From NCBI GenBank assembly GCA_030770535.1, contig JASVEC010000105.1:1-56974 (forward strand): DNA of 56,974 nucleotides. The letters are read 5' to 3'. Origin of the DNA: Batkoa obscura (lineage: Eukaryota). Positions 36,444 to 50,147 of the stretch are shown here, in pieces. Below the pieces are notes generated by a model, which was given only the letters and a program-made list of their open reading frames with translations, did not search any database and had not been told where the DNA came from. The stretch's first letter is position 1. Each line of letters starts with the position of its first letter. The translations under genes and the position numbers were made by a program.

Positions 36444-36810
36444 GTTTGATATGAATTAAAGCCTTAAAATTGTTTAGTAATATTACTGATATTTGAATTA
36501 TATCTCATTATTTCTATATCCTGTGAACTACTAAATGGTTTCTTAATTAATTTCTCTAAAATTTTAATCGAATTTTAATAAACCACATTAATTTTAATAC
36601 ATTTGAAGTTGGCATATGAAAGAATTGTTAAAATTTAAATCATTTTGCTCTAAAATGATTAAATAACTACTATTATAATATAAAAAAAGTTTAAAATAAA
36701 ATTTAATAATGGGAAGAATTGGCTTTATTTGAGTATCTAAACAAAGCTCAGTGTTAATAAGATGTGATTTAGTCTCTATCACTATATCATATTTCTAAAA
36801 AAATCCTAAA

Positions 36811-39800
36811 CTACCAAAAGGCACACCAACCAATGTAGCATTGACAAAGATTTTCTAATGAAGTGGCTTGAAGTATAAGTTTTTGAACCTGCTGAGGTAC
36901 ATCCAAGGTAGTATTAGGATTAAAGTCACGACCTGAAAGTTTGTTATTAACTCTATTGATAACTGTAACAGCCCTTTGATTTAAATTCTCAGACTTGTTT
37001 GTTTTATCATCATTAAGATTATCATCATTTTTCCTAGATGTTGTGTTTTTCCTGGACAAAGTACTTGGTCTTTCCTCAGCACCTGAGTTTCTATTTCTTC
37101 CCTCTGGCTTAGGGCTTGGATGGGTTAATAATCTCCAATTGATCAATGGATCATAAACAAAAGCCTCCAACACCGCCATTAAACTCTCCTTATTCTCTCT
37201 TAATACTCGCATCACATTCTCACATGTAATACGGAAGGTACCTTCAATACCACTCACTTCCATTGCGTTGGTCAACATACGTGTAAGTCTAAATGGAATC
37301 TTTTCTGGAAATTTATCACGATGCATAGCTACTTCAAAACAATCCCCAAAATCAATATGATTTACTTTACCAGAGAATCGATGTAACATTAAATTGGAAG
37401 GATGACGATCACCCAATCCCAAAATATAACCTACCATTGACATCAAAGCAAGTGAGCGTGTATAATTAGTTCTACGATCCAACCAAGCTTCCGAGTTTTG
37501 ACTCTTAAGCCATAAAACGCGGTATAAATCCTGACCTGTGGTATTGTCAAGTGCAAACTCAAACACTTCAACCTTTTGAAGTAATGCTAAATTGTCATAG
37601 TCAGGTGCCATTTGAAGCATAAGTCGGTGCTCAATGTTAAGTAATATCTTGCGACTTTCTCTATAATCTCTAATCAATGAATGTAAAGTATCACAGTGTG
37701 GTAACCAACCAATCAAACCAGAATTTGGTGAAAGTGGAATGACTGGATATCTTTCGATACTGAGTCTTCTTTTAAATGTTTCCGAATCTGATGAAAGCAA
37801 GGTATTAACTAATCCGAATAGCTGCATTACTCTTTCATCTTGACGAAGATCCTCATGTCCTTTTAGAAGGTATTGATAATCCTTGCCGTTATCTCCTTTA
37901 ATAATAAGTTTTCTAGGACGTTGTTTCGAAGTAATGACATTAAGCGTTGGGAAAAAGCTAGCAATTTTAACCAAAGATTCGCCACTCTTATAAGATCCTG
38001 GGATAGCCAATTGAAGGTTCTCAGCTTCTAATAATTTAGGAGAAACAAACTGCAACTCCAAGGTGGTAAGCTGAGGCAATTGCTTGTTGATCCTTCTAAA
38101 TACTTGATAATAAAGATCCCATGCTTGGTTAAGATCATTGACATTTCTTGTTTGTTTGTATCTTTGACACCATTCATATGCTTCTTGTAAATCGCGACCA
38201 AATGCTTGATTAAATGAAATCTCTCGAAGTGTTTCAGGCCCTTGTTCAAGCATTCTATGTAATGGCTCCAAAGTAGTAAACATAGCTTCAATGTTATGAT
38301 CTCCAAAATATAATCTAGAAGCTTCTTCAAGCCCTTCATACCACATTTCATGCCAAAGGATAGCAACTCGAATCAACTCTTGACTCACTATTAATGCTTG
38401 TTCAACAAGTATAAGACTATGACTCTTTATTCTATCCATTAAAGAAACTGCAGCATTCTTTCTGGAATTACTTTGTGATTTGGTAGCAACTGTGACTGGA
38501 TAAACCAAAGCTTGAGGATGTTTTTTACTAACCTCATTAAGTATATGATGAACCAATCTACGAACATGAGCATTGGAGGCATGGATACGTGCAATAAGTT
38601 GAGGAATTACTTGCAACCAAGTATCTGTAGTTATATTATTGAAGCCCTCTGTAATAGCAAAGTTAACATCCCTCAAATGAGCATATTTAAACCACAGGGT
38701 CAAAAGACGTAAAGTATCCTGTAATGAATTACCACTTGAAAGTTTGATTGATTGGAAGAAACCTTGGACTGCGGGGACAATGTGAGTAGTGACAATATGC
38801 TCATTAATGGACCCTGTTTTTTGTTCAAAATAACCTATCACTTCAAAATTAGCCAAAGCCCACGAGTGCCATGCTTTATATTGTTCAGGATCAAATTGGG
38901 TTGCCATAAAATAAGAGTGAAGAATATGTGGTATGGTAGCTTCATCCCAATTATCTTGTAATTCAACATGCCATAAACCTTGACGATGATAACATTTTGA
39001 AAGTAATTTAAGGTGTTCTTGACTTTCATTATTTTGTGTGCTCAAAATAGTAGATAAATTCATATATTGATCCACATTTTGAAGACCTAAACTTTCTGCT
39101 AATCCTTGTGTAAAATCTTGAAGATGTTCAAGTGTTTTTGGTTTAGATCCAGTAGCCCAACGATGTTTAAGATAAGCATATAATATCTTTGGAGAGCCAT
39201 CTGGTAAATCATCATCAGAGAATGGTCCATGATGATTGAGTAATGTTTTGATTGTTTTTTCAGATAATGAAGTTCGACCGCTCTTATGACAGAGATTGGC
39301 AAATTTCAACCATAAATCGACATCTTCGTTTGGTGATATGACTAATGAGCGTATTTGAAGGGTTCTTTGCCAAACCTCTACATTACGCTGACATCCTAAT
39401 AAACGCTTCATCCATGTCTTACGAATCAAAGCTTGACGTTCTGGCTGTTCTTTAAAGTTGATAAAATCGATGACTTCTTCCAATTCAGATAATATCTGTA
39501 CTCTTATAATGACACTATAAGCTCTATTAAAACTCTCACCAATAAGAGCAGTAAGTTCATTATCCAAAAGATCTCTTGATTTTTCAATATAAAGTTTAGC
39601 TTGAGTAAACTGATGTCTATGTACCAATAGTATAGCTTTAAAAAAGGATTCGTTGGAAGGAGTATGATCCATAGCAGCGATATAAGAATCAATATTATTC
39701 CATTGTCCAATACCCCATGAAGCAGCAGCAGCTAAAGGTGCTATCTTTTGTCTTGTCTCTTCATCTCCTTCATCCCATGTTTTACTAGATAACTCATTTA

Positions 39801-42800
39801 AAATATCCCATTCCCCAAGTGCATGATAACAACGCATCTTTCCTAAATTGACATCGAATGAGGCTCCTGATTCTGCTTCTTTCTTTTCATAAGCTATTAA
39901 AGCATCATCCCATCTGCCTAATTTTTCATACCATGTTTCTTTCAATATTAAATCATGATGATTCTGTGCAATATTTAATATTCCAACTGCTGCATCAGGT
40001 TGTTGTAATTGAGTATTGATCCTAATCAATGATTCAATAGTAACAGTAGAAGGTTCAGATATAAATTCAAGTTCTTTATAATGAAGAGCTTTAGCAAAAG
40101 AATGACAACGACTTGCATATTCACCTAAAGTTTTAATAGCTATCGGTAATGTTTTGTCATCATGTTCCATAAACTCAGCTAAATTCAACAACATTTGTAA
40201 AATTTCTGAAGTTATATTTGGTGATACTAAAGCTGTTTCAAGTGAACGTACAAGCTCATCTTGATAAGTATCTGGAAGTTCTGTCCAACAAGATACAAAA
40301 GCTGCATTAAACAAATCTCTAGCTAAAGGTGGATAATTGTTTGCTAAATTAGCACAAGCTCTAAGGGCAGGTGAAGGTGATTCTCTGATAAGTTCGATAC
40401 TCAACCGACGTATCCATTCTATCCAATCATCTTTTGTTGATTTTTGATAGGCTTCCCATGCTTTTTTAAGATGCCCTTCATTTACAGGTACTTTTTTGAA
40501 ACCTGCAATTTCACTTAATGGATTTTCTTCTAAATTATCATCGTTTATACTATTAAATATAAATATAGATATAAATATAAATATAAATTATAAATTATAA
40601 ATTATAAATTATAAATTATAAATTATAAATTATAAATTATAAATTATAAATATAAATTATAAATATAAATATAAATATAAATTATAAATAAATATCATTT
40701 TTTTCCTAATATATAAATTAAATTACCTATTTTCATTTATAGCTAATAAATCTGGAGTAATAGTTTCATTTCTTAAAATTTTACCAACTAATGAATCATA
40801 ACCACTATGTTGAAGACGATTTTTAGTAATTACTTTACTTATTAAAGGTACAAATATAGCATAATCATTGCCTAATTGATAAGCCAAGATACACAACACA
40901 TCCATAACATTTGATTTAAGTTCCATTGGTATGTTAGAAAGAATACGAGCTAATGGATGTATAATAGAAGAAGCAAGATCTACACAAGTAGAACTTTTAC
41001 ATAATTGAGCCAAGGCTAATAAAGCTGATTTCTTGACAGCTATCGATGTATCTGGATGTTCAATAGGTTTTATTACTACAGGTATTATCAAATGAGATAC
41101 TTCTTCGACTGAGTTACCAAATGAATTAAAAGCTTCCAAAACATGAACACATAAGATTGGTTTATCAATAGCATTATTTTCAATGACATGAAGCATATCC
41201 GATAAGAAAGTAGAGATGTACATTTTGAAATCACCACCTAAAGCTGAAGAGATGGATTTTATAAGAGTAATTAGAGTACGTTGAATACTTGCAGTTGAAT
41301 TCCAAAATTCTTGAATTAAGCTAAAAATATCTTTCAAATAATTTCGAATATGCTGTTTAACAATAGAAACCATTGTACCTAATTGTTGAAAATAAAATTC
41401 ATAACTACCAGCTGGACTATTACGAATGGTAGATAGATAAATGGGGATAATTTGTGGCAAAAATGATACACATTTCAAACCTAAAGCTTTAAATAGATGC
41501 ATAAATGCTGTAATAACTGAAGTGTAATTTGGAGTTAAAGATGGATCTTTTAAAATTTTTATGAGTGCATGGACAACAACAGTGGGGTAATAATCTTCTG
41601 AAGATGGCCCAATACCCATCATAACTAAATGTAAGTCTGTACTTGTATCCTTATTTCCTCCAATTGGCTCCTCAGATTCTGGTTTATCCATTTTATGTTG
41701 ATATGGATCTAAAGCACCTAAAATTCCCATTACTTTAATGGTTTCTCTTCTTATACTATTTGATTGTTCTCTTTTAAGGATGCCAACTAAGATTCCTAAT
41801 AAATTAGGATACTTAATATAAGGGTCAATCACATATCCAGTATTTCCAGTTAGTTGACCTAAGGTTTTAAGGGCAGCATTACGTTTCAGAATGGATGATT
41901 GATCTTGTAAAGTATCAATAATCAAAGGCATCATGTTATCTAAATAAGAAGTTAATTGCTCCCCACCAACTTGAGCTAATTCTCCAATAGCTTTCAAAAC
42001 ACTAGCTACAACTGATGGATTTGTATTATGGACTTTGGTTTGTAACACATCTACAATGGGCTGTATATATGGCTTTACAAAAGATTGAGCAGATTTAACT
42101 AATATACTTATTAATATAGCACTCTCTTCTTTAATACGACTACTATCCGAATATTCAAGATTAGTTAAAAGTTGAATTAATATTTTTCTTAAAGAAGGAA
42201 CAATATAAGCTGGATTATGATTTGATAATCTACCAATAATAGCCATAGCTGTTTTACGAATAGTAAAAACTTCATCACTTAAAGCCATAAAAAGATAACG
42301 TATATTATTTGCTTGGGATAGATGAAGGTTAAAATTATCTTGTAAATTAGATAATACTGTTTGTCGAACTTCAAACTCTGGATCTGCAATGCCAGCACTT
42401 AATAATTTGACTAAAATTTCATTCATTACTTCAATAGCATACATACTCGTTTGATAACATACTGGATCTTTAAGCAATATTTTACAACAAGTCAAAGCAG
42501 CTGATTTCCTAACTTCAACATCATCCCAATCTAAGAAAGACAAAAGACAATCTCTAACAAATTCACTTAAGAGATGACCACTAAAATCAAAAGAACCTAA
42601 TGAATTTAATGCCATAATGATAGTCTCGATTTCATTAGGATCTATTGTAGAATAATCTCTTATTGTAGTTACATTTGAACTTTGTCTTTGATTAGGTGCT
42701 CCTGGAGGTATATACTGCTGACCACTTAATATAATTGATATACTATTTAATAATCGGCTTTGAATAGGTATCAATAAACTTGGTATATTATGTACTAAAT

Positions 42801-44037
42801 CAACTAAAGTTTGATGAAGTGAGTCATGCATTCCATATGAGAAGATTAGGTCCAATAGTTGTGTTGAATGTCTACTTAATGATGGCCCGGCAGCAGAAGA
42901 AAGATTACTAATACAATGAAAAACAGGAGCTTCAGCAGTACCTTTGCCTTTGATACTTTTATTAGCTAAAGATTCTTTAATATTTTGAACTATGGAATCT
43001 ACAAATGGTGTAATTTTATTTCCAACAGCAATTGATACTTCTCCAATAGCCGAAAACGCTAATACCCTTTCTTTTTCTTTTTGCAATTGGGTTAACAAAA
43101 ATAGCATAATCTTTTGTAAATAATGTTCTGAAAACTCTTTCGGATTATAACTGGCAAGCAAAGGTATCAATGAAACCACTGAATTTCTAATTAATAACTC
43201 TCGATGATCTTTATATCTCAATACTATCTCACAAGCTTCTTGATAATATTCTTTCATAAACATACCTGAGTCAATCAATAACTCTTTTAAAGCTAAAAAT
43301 GAACCATGAATGCTTTCTAAAGTATTCATTTTTAACCCCTTTTGTACACCTTCAAGTATCTTTGAATACCAAGCTTTTTTATGTTGGGATTCTCTTTGTA
43401 ATATTATTTTTAAACATGAGGTTAAAGCTTCAGATCCAGAAACTCGGATGTTGATTTTGATATCTCTTAAAGCGACCCAAATCGAATCTAGGATTGATGA
43501 AACATATTCATACATCAATGTAGGAGCACTTTGAGAAATTTCTTTGATCATTAAAACAGCTGCATGTCTTCTAGATTCAAAACGTTCTGTACTTTGTAAC
43601 CATTCAATACATTTTTTGATTTCTCCTTCTAAATGAGTAGTCATTGTAATTTCGCCAGACACTGCTAGTTTGCCTAAAGTTTTAGCCGCTAATATCATCA
43701 CTTTTTCATCGTTACAAGGTAAAGCTAACTTCAAACTATTGATATAACGTACTTTATGAGGAAAAGTTATTTCTGTATTATTTTCAATGATTTTATTAAT
43801 CGCTTGAATACCACCTAGTTTCTCATTAATGTCATTACTTTTTATTAAATCCGTAATTCGAATATTAATATCTCGTTCAATTTCAGCAAATGTAGAAGGT
43901 AGACAATCTTGACTTACTTCATCATAAAATTCCCGTAATACATCCCCCGCTTTATTTCGAGTATCTTCGGATTTACTCTTTAAATTATGAAATATTTTTA
44001 CTAATGTTTCCTGACTTCGAGTAGTAGAATTGGTCAT
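36811..44037 (-). CDS. TOR: TOR kinase copy B, intact, 2349 aa (exons 44037..40727 and 40549..36811; intron 40726..40550)
   Basis: Spliced length 3311+3739=7050 nt in frame; HEAT, FAT, FRB with the EEASRLYF serine, [51 protein letters not shown]. Confidence 0.97.
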
Positions 44038-44161
44038 TATGTTTTTATTAAAAAAACTATAAAATTTTTAAAAATTATGGCTTTGTATTTTTATTTTTTA
44101 AAATTACATAATTTTCAAGTTTGCAAGTGATTTGATATAATTTTAAATTTTATAAAAAATC

Positions 44162-46642
44162 TTAAATGTTTGAATTTTTATTTATATCAGATTCAAAAGA
44201 AGATTTAAGATTACGAGCTTTAACTAAGAATAAAATCAATAAGTAATTATAAACAAATAAATAAAAAATACCACAACAATCTGGAATTAAGAATTTTGCT
44301 TGATCCCATTGAGGTAAACGTTTTTGTGTTTGATCTAATCCCGTTAAATCATTTTGGTCATGGCATTCAGCTAAAATAGCTAAACATTCCAATAATATTG
44401 TTGAAAAATCAAAGTGAAGTAAATATTTTTCACATGGTATAGTAGGTGTAAATCGTTTTGTATCTATATACCCAGTAAGTTTTGCTTTGTTTTTTAACAT
44501 CATTTTTTGCAATGAACAATTGTTATAAGCAGCAACAATTAGATTGATTAGCTTATAATGATACTCACTAATTGATTTTAACGTATCCATCCTATTTATA
44601 TGTTAATTATAAGTATTTGTAGTATATTAGTATCCCTACTTTTGTGTTTCATTTAATGAAGTAAATCGTTTTTCATTTAAGGCAATATTATCTGTTATTT
44701 CAATTTCATTTGCTAAATTATTAAGATCTATTTCATTAACTTTATCCTTTTCAATTTTATCATGAAATGATTCTAAAGCTAACTCAAATTGAAAAGCTAA
44801 TAGTTTTTTCATAAATAATACCAGTGGGAATAATAAGAATTCATTAATATGCTATATAAAAATAAAGAATAATATTAATATTTTATTATTATTATCTCAT
44901 TGCTATAATATTATTATTACTTACCACTTTTAATTCTTCTTTTAAACCAAATAAATAAGACAAATAACTTGAATGCGAATGATGTATTTTTGTAATTAAA
45001 GACATTACTTTGGTAAATAAAGTTAAACACTATATATATATAAACACCAAAATAAATATCATTTATCATAATAAATTACCTGTAATATAGTAAAATTAGA
45101 CAAATAAGAATGTAATAACTTGGATAAATTAATACTCAATAAACTCATTTTATCTTTATTTAATATTATTTTATCTGTTATTTTTTTATCATTTACTACT
45201 GATTTTATTAATTCTATTGTTGTTAATATTATTGAATTATTAATTTTAATAGCTTTATCTATCTTTTCATTGCTCTTTTCATTTTTCTTTTTTTTATCCT
45301 TTGTATTTTCATTTTCTTTACTCTCATTATCTTCTATTTTAATACTTCCATTAGTTTTTTCTTTTTCTTTTTCTTCTTCACTAATACAATCTTCAACAAT
45401 ATCATCTTCCGATTCCACACCACTCTCACTATTACTTTCACTATTACTTTCAATGATATTTCCAACATGTCCTTCATCAATGTTATCAACCTCATCTTGA
45501 TTTTCTCTTTTATTCTTCATTTTCTTTTCTTCATTTTCATTCTTTTCATTAATTAATATAAAATTTTCATTTTCATCTACTACATTTTCAAATTTTAATA
45601 ATTTAATCAAACAATCATCTTCAAATAAAGGTGAAAAACTAAAAAAACAAAAATTAAATATATATAATAATAGCAAATAAATAGAATCTTCACCTTGAAT
45701 AGTTTAAATTAGTACAATAAATAGCAATTGAATTTAAAAACACTAAAGATTCAATAACAGTTTGCTGTTGTATCTTAACTTGTTCTATAAAACCTTCATC
45801 ATTATTTGATTCGTCTTGGTTGTTAAATCGCATTAATAAAGATTTAATTAATTTTATCACCATGTAAATACTTGCTATTAAATTTCAATCAATTATGTTA
45901 TGATAAAACAATGATTATTAAATACTTACTACTCTCTAACATCACTTCTCCAAATAAGGCACCAACCTTACAAATAATAAAATTACACGAATAACATATA
46001 ATACTAAAATCATTGTACTATATAAAAAGGTAAATGGTAATATAATATATATATATACAATTACCCTTCTAAACCCCTCTGCAGCTAATAAAAGACGGCT
46101 TAATAACTCAATAAATAAACTCAATTTAACTTTAATTTTATCTTTATTCGATTTTTTATTATCACCAATAACTCTTAATAATTTAATAATTTGAACTAAA
46201 TATTGAACACCTTCCTGTTGATAGTCTATGTATCTTTCATTTGACTCACTATTTTGATAAACTAAATTCAAATCTTTTATGAACTTCATTAAAAATAATT
46301 TATATAGATAAGCTTACTTTTATTAAATAATAAGAATTGATAAAAATCAATACTTTGTTTTAATAACTTGGAGTAGTTACTTTTTGATACTTTCAATTGA
46401 CCTATTGTTTTTATTAATTTTGTTCTCCATATCTCGAATTTAGTCTCATCAAGTCTTTCTATTTTTCTATCTTTTTCTTTCAAAAAGATGAAATTTCCAA
46501 TAGATGATAATAATTTGTTGATTATTATGTCTGTTTTTAAATGAAAATAATCCCCTTTTCCTTTTATTGCTTGTTTTTTGTTACCTCGTTGTTTAATATT
46601 ATGACCATTACTATTATGTTTATCAAATAATACTCTTTTCAT
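44162..46642 (-). CDS. Multi-exon hypothetical protein with an acidic/Lys-rich insert (boundaries approximate)
   Basis: Chain of same-strand ORFs (46289..46654, 45942..46289, 45059..45676, 44162..44590) separated by short GT..AG segments; first ATG at 46642; no family recognised. Confidence 0.6.
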
Positions 46643-46772
46643 TTCTTTTTTCACAACTAAATAAATTTAAAAAAGGTAAATTTTGTTTTCGTTAAATTTA
46701 GATTTAAAATTCAAGACTTAGCTCTTTTTCTCAAAAAAACTTAAAATTGAATAACAAATAATAACTTCAATT
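46643..46772. promoter_or_regulatory. Putative bidirectional promoter (~130 bp)
   Basis: Divergent ATGs at 46642 (-) and 46773 (+); inferred from arrangement only. Confidence 0.35.
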
Positions 46773-47775
46773 ATGAGTGTGTGTCAAACCCTAGCTAACA
46801 CATTAAACATTGCACCAATTTACTATAAGAAATTCGACAAATTAATCAACTATTCATTAGGTTTAAAATTACAAGAACGTTTATATCAATTACGTAAAAA
46901 CAGTATAAAAGATCAAGATTCCACTTTACCTTCATTAAATAACAATCTATTATTGTTACTTGAACATCCACCAACTTTCACTGAAGGAAAACGTCAGAAA
47001 AATAATGATATTGATGTTGAAAATAAAGTCAAAAGCCTAGGCGCGGATTATTATTTGGTAAGAAAAAGATACAGTGATTGAGTTTATTATATAGAGATAT
47101 TAATGACAATAATAATTAAAAGACATCTCGTGGAGGCCAAACTACATATCATGGACCTGGTCAATTGGTGGGTTATCCAATTTTTTATTTAAAGGATTAT
47201 AAAGTAAAATAGATAATTAAAATAATTATTTTATTTTATTTTATTAACAAAGCCTAGTTAAGCACTCGGTGTTATGTTAAAAAAATCGAAACTTTACTAT
47301 GTAATATATGTTCTGAATTATCTTTAAAACCAGAACTTAATGAGCATACTGGAGTTTGGTTAGGAAAAAATAAAGTAGCAGCCATAGGTAATTATAATAT
47401 AATGTTTTTAATAATATCATTAATGTTTTTAATTAAGGCATATTAATACGACAATATATAACCAATCATGGGTTTGCATTAAATATTAATAACGATTTAA
47501 ATTGGTATAATAATATAATACCTTGCGGTATTCTAGATAAAGATAGAGGTGTTACTAACTTAGAGATAGAATTAAATAGAAAAAGTAAGTTATCACTTAA
47601 TATAAATATAAAAATAATGTTTTTATCCTTTTTGTTAGTTATCGTTGAAGATATATTACCATTAATATTAAAACATGTTTCTTTATCGTTTACTGGTGTT
47701 GAAAATAGTTTAGTTTCTCTAGATAAATATCACCCTGAATTAAATCAACTTATTGATTCTTGGTCACTGGAATAA
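46773..47775 (+). CDS. LIP2: Lipoyl(octanoyl) transferase (LipB/LIPT2), about 4 introns
   Basis: [64 protein letters not shown]. Confidence 0.93.
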
Positions 47776-48358
47776 AACCAAAGTGATACTATTAATATAA
47801 CACTATGTTTCTTTTTATTGTAAAGAATAAATTAGAAAAATAAATAGCTATTATCAAGAATAATATAGACTATTTTAAAGTTCAGTTCCGATTTTATCTA
47901 ATTTTGATTTTTAGCAAAAATTACAATTAAGCATTAAGTATCATAAAAATATTCCATAAACTAGTTTTATAATTTTAGTTATATATATTTTTAATATAAA
48001 TTATTTATTAACTTTTAATTTAAAATTATATAATAATGTTAAACAAATGCTATAATATTTGATTAAATTTAAAAAAATTATTAATTTGTGTAGCTAAGTT
48101 TAAGCTAACTTAAGCTTCAAAATAAAATTCGATAATTGCAATTTTTGTCTATTTTTTATATGATAAACCTTTTTAAAATAGTAGTCAAATAGTAAATAAA
48201 AAACATTTAAATATAAATGTATAAAAACTTAGTTCTAATTTTGTTCAATTTGAATTTTTAACAAAAACTACAAATTGTGTACTAAATGTTATAAAAATAG
48301 TTTTTTTATTTAATTTAAAATTCTATATTAGAATGTATTATTCAGTATTTAATTAAGA

Positions 48359-48461
48359 TATAGAGGTAATTTTTTGGTTTCATCACCTTTTCCATTTTCA
48401 AGTGCCATTTGAGTGAAAAGATTGGTAGTAAAATTCTTAAATGAAAAAATACATTCTCATA
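48359..48461. mobile_element. MITE copy (diverged)
   Basis: TTTCCATTTTCAAGTGCCATTTGAGTGAAAAGATTGGTAGTAAAATTCTTAAA...ATACATTCTCATA. Confidence 0.75.
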
Positions 48462-48767
48462 TTTTTAAAACTTACACTAATGAAAAATGGACAAAAAAGT
48501 GAAATTAAAATATTTACTTAAGTTTTAATTAGGATTTTAAACTTATCTAATATACTTAAAATACTATCTATTGGTATTTTAAATCACGTATTTCATTTTA
48601 ATTGAACTAAAAATTTAGAAATAAATATTATTGGTTATAAGTGAATCATTTTAATTTAATCATATAAAGTTGACCAATTTTATACATTATTAGTAAACTA
48701 ATTTTGATATTAAATAATTTATTTTTTTATTAAAACATAACTCAAGATAATAGCAAATAAAAAAAGA

Positions 48768-50065
48768 ATGTTAAACTACCTTTCAACGATTGATTATTAT
48801 TGGGCTATTAAGCATTTGTCCATAGCAGTTGGTGTATTGAGTTCTTTAGCTTTTGGTGGTATTTATTACTTTCAATCCAGTTTAATTTATCTTCCTAATT
48901 TGCCACAAAACTCAAGAAAGAAGGTAATGATAAACAATATAATCATATATATATGATTTAGAACTAGTTGATTTATAATTACTTTAGATTGATGAACCAT
49001 CCAAATATAATTTACCATTTGAAGATGTAGTATTAAGAACAAAAGATGGAGTACGTATTGGAGCTTATCTCATTAAGAGAGAAGATGAAAAAGAATTTGA
49101 AAGAGCACCTACTTTAATTTATTTTCATGTAAATTTATCACCTATTTTTAACATAGAAATAACTAATAAATATTTTTATTTATTTAGGCCAATGCAGGAA
49201 ACTTTGTAAGATTATTACTATTAGAGATTAAGCTGATGAAATACTAATAGTTTTTTCTTAAATAGGGAATGAGATTACCTATTGCCGAAGTTATTTATCG
49301 TGTTTGTAAATGTAATATATTAATGTTATCTTATCGTGGGTAAGTTTTAATTAATAATTCCAATGATTGGTAACATTTATTTATTTCTAATAAAAATAGA
49401 TATGCTTTTTCAGAAGGTGTTCCCGATGAAAAAGGTCTTAAATTAGATGCTGAAGTAAGTTAAATGAATTTTATTCTTTTTTATATATATTTATTTTATG
49501 AATAAGGCCGCTTTAGATTATATTCTATCTCATGACAAATTAAAAAACAATAAAATTGTACTATATGGTCAATCAATTGGTGGTGCTGTTGCTATTGATT
49601 TAGCTTCCAAATTTGAAGATAAAGTAAGCTAATTTATTTCATAATCATATGGTATGATAATAACTTATAATTAGGTCCATGGTTTAGTACTTGAAAATAC
49701 ATTTCTTAGTTTAGTAAGTATAATATTAAATTATTGTTAGTTGAATGAATATACTAATAAATACATTAAAATAGCCTAAATTAATTCCATGCGTTATGCC
49801 CACTTTAAAATACTTAACCTTTTTATGTCATCAAATTTGGGATAGTGAAAAATCAATTAGAAATATTCAATCTTTACCAACTTTATTTTTATCAGGTGCT
49901 AAAGATAGTTTAATCCCACCATCTCATATGAAATCATTATATGATCAATTACCTTCCAATAAAAAACAATTTCAATCGTTTCCTAATGGAGATCACAATG
50001 ATACTTTCCTTGCTCCGGAATATTTTAAAGAAATGGAAGCTTTCTTTTTAAAATTTATTTTATAA
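48768..50065 (+). CDS. bem46: BEM46/ABHD13 alpha/beta hydrolase, multi-exon with an 18-nt microexon (49188..49205)
   Basis: YYFQSSLIYLP, LRTKDGVRI, YFH/ANAGNF/GMRLP, SYRGY..SEG.P.EKGLKLDA, YGQSIGGAVAI, LENTFLS, LFLSGAKDSLIPPSHM, GDHNDT. Confidence 0.92.
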
Positions 50066-50103
50066 AATAAAAATAAAAATAAAAATAAAAATAAAAATAA
50101 AAA
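50063..50103. repeat. (TAAAAA)n tandem repeat between the convergent BEM46 and GUP1 3' ends
   Basis: About 6 units visible; each junction creates AATAAA. Confidence 0.7.
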
Positions 50104-50147
50104 GTTTTACTTAATTATTTTATTATTTTATTAATATTCTAGTTATA

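Noticed and set aside
45120..45500. Hydrophobic 126-aa ORF resembling a membrane protein
   Set aside because: Antisense shadow of a Glu/Lys/Asn-rich exon.
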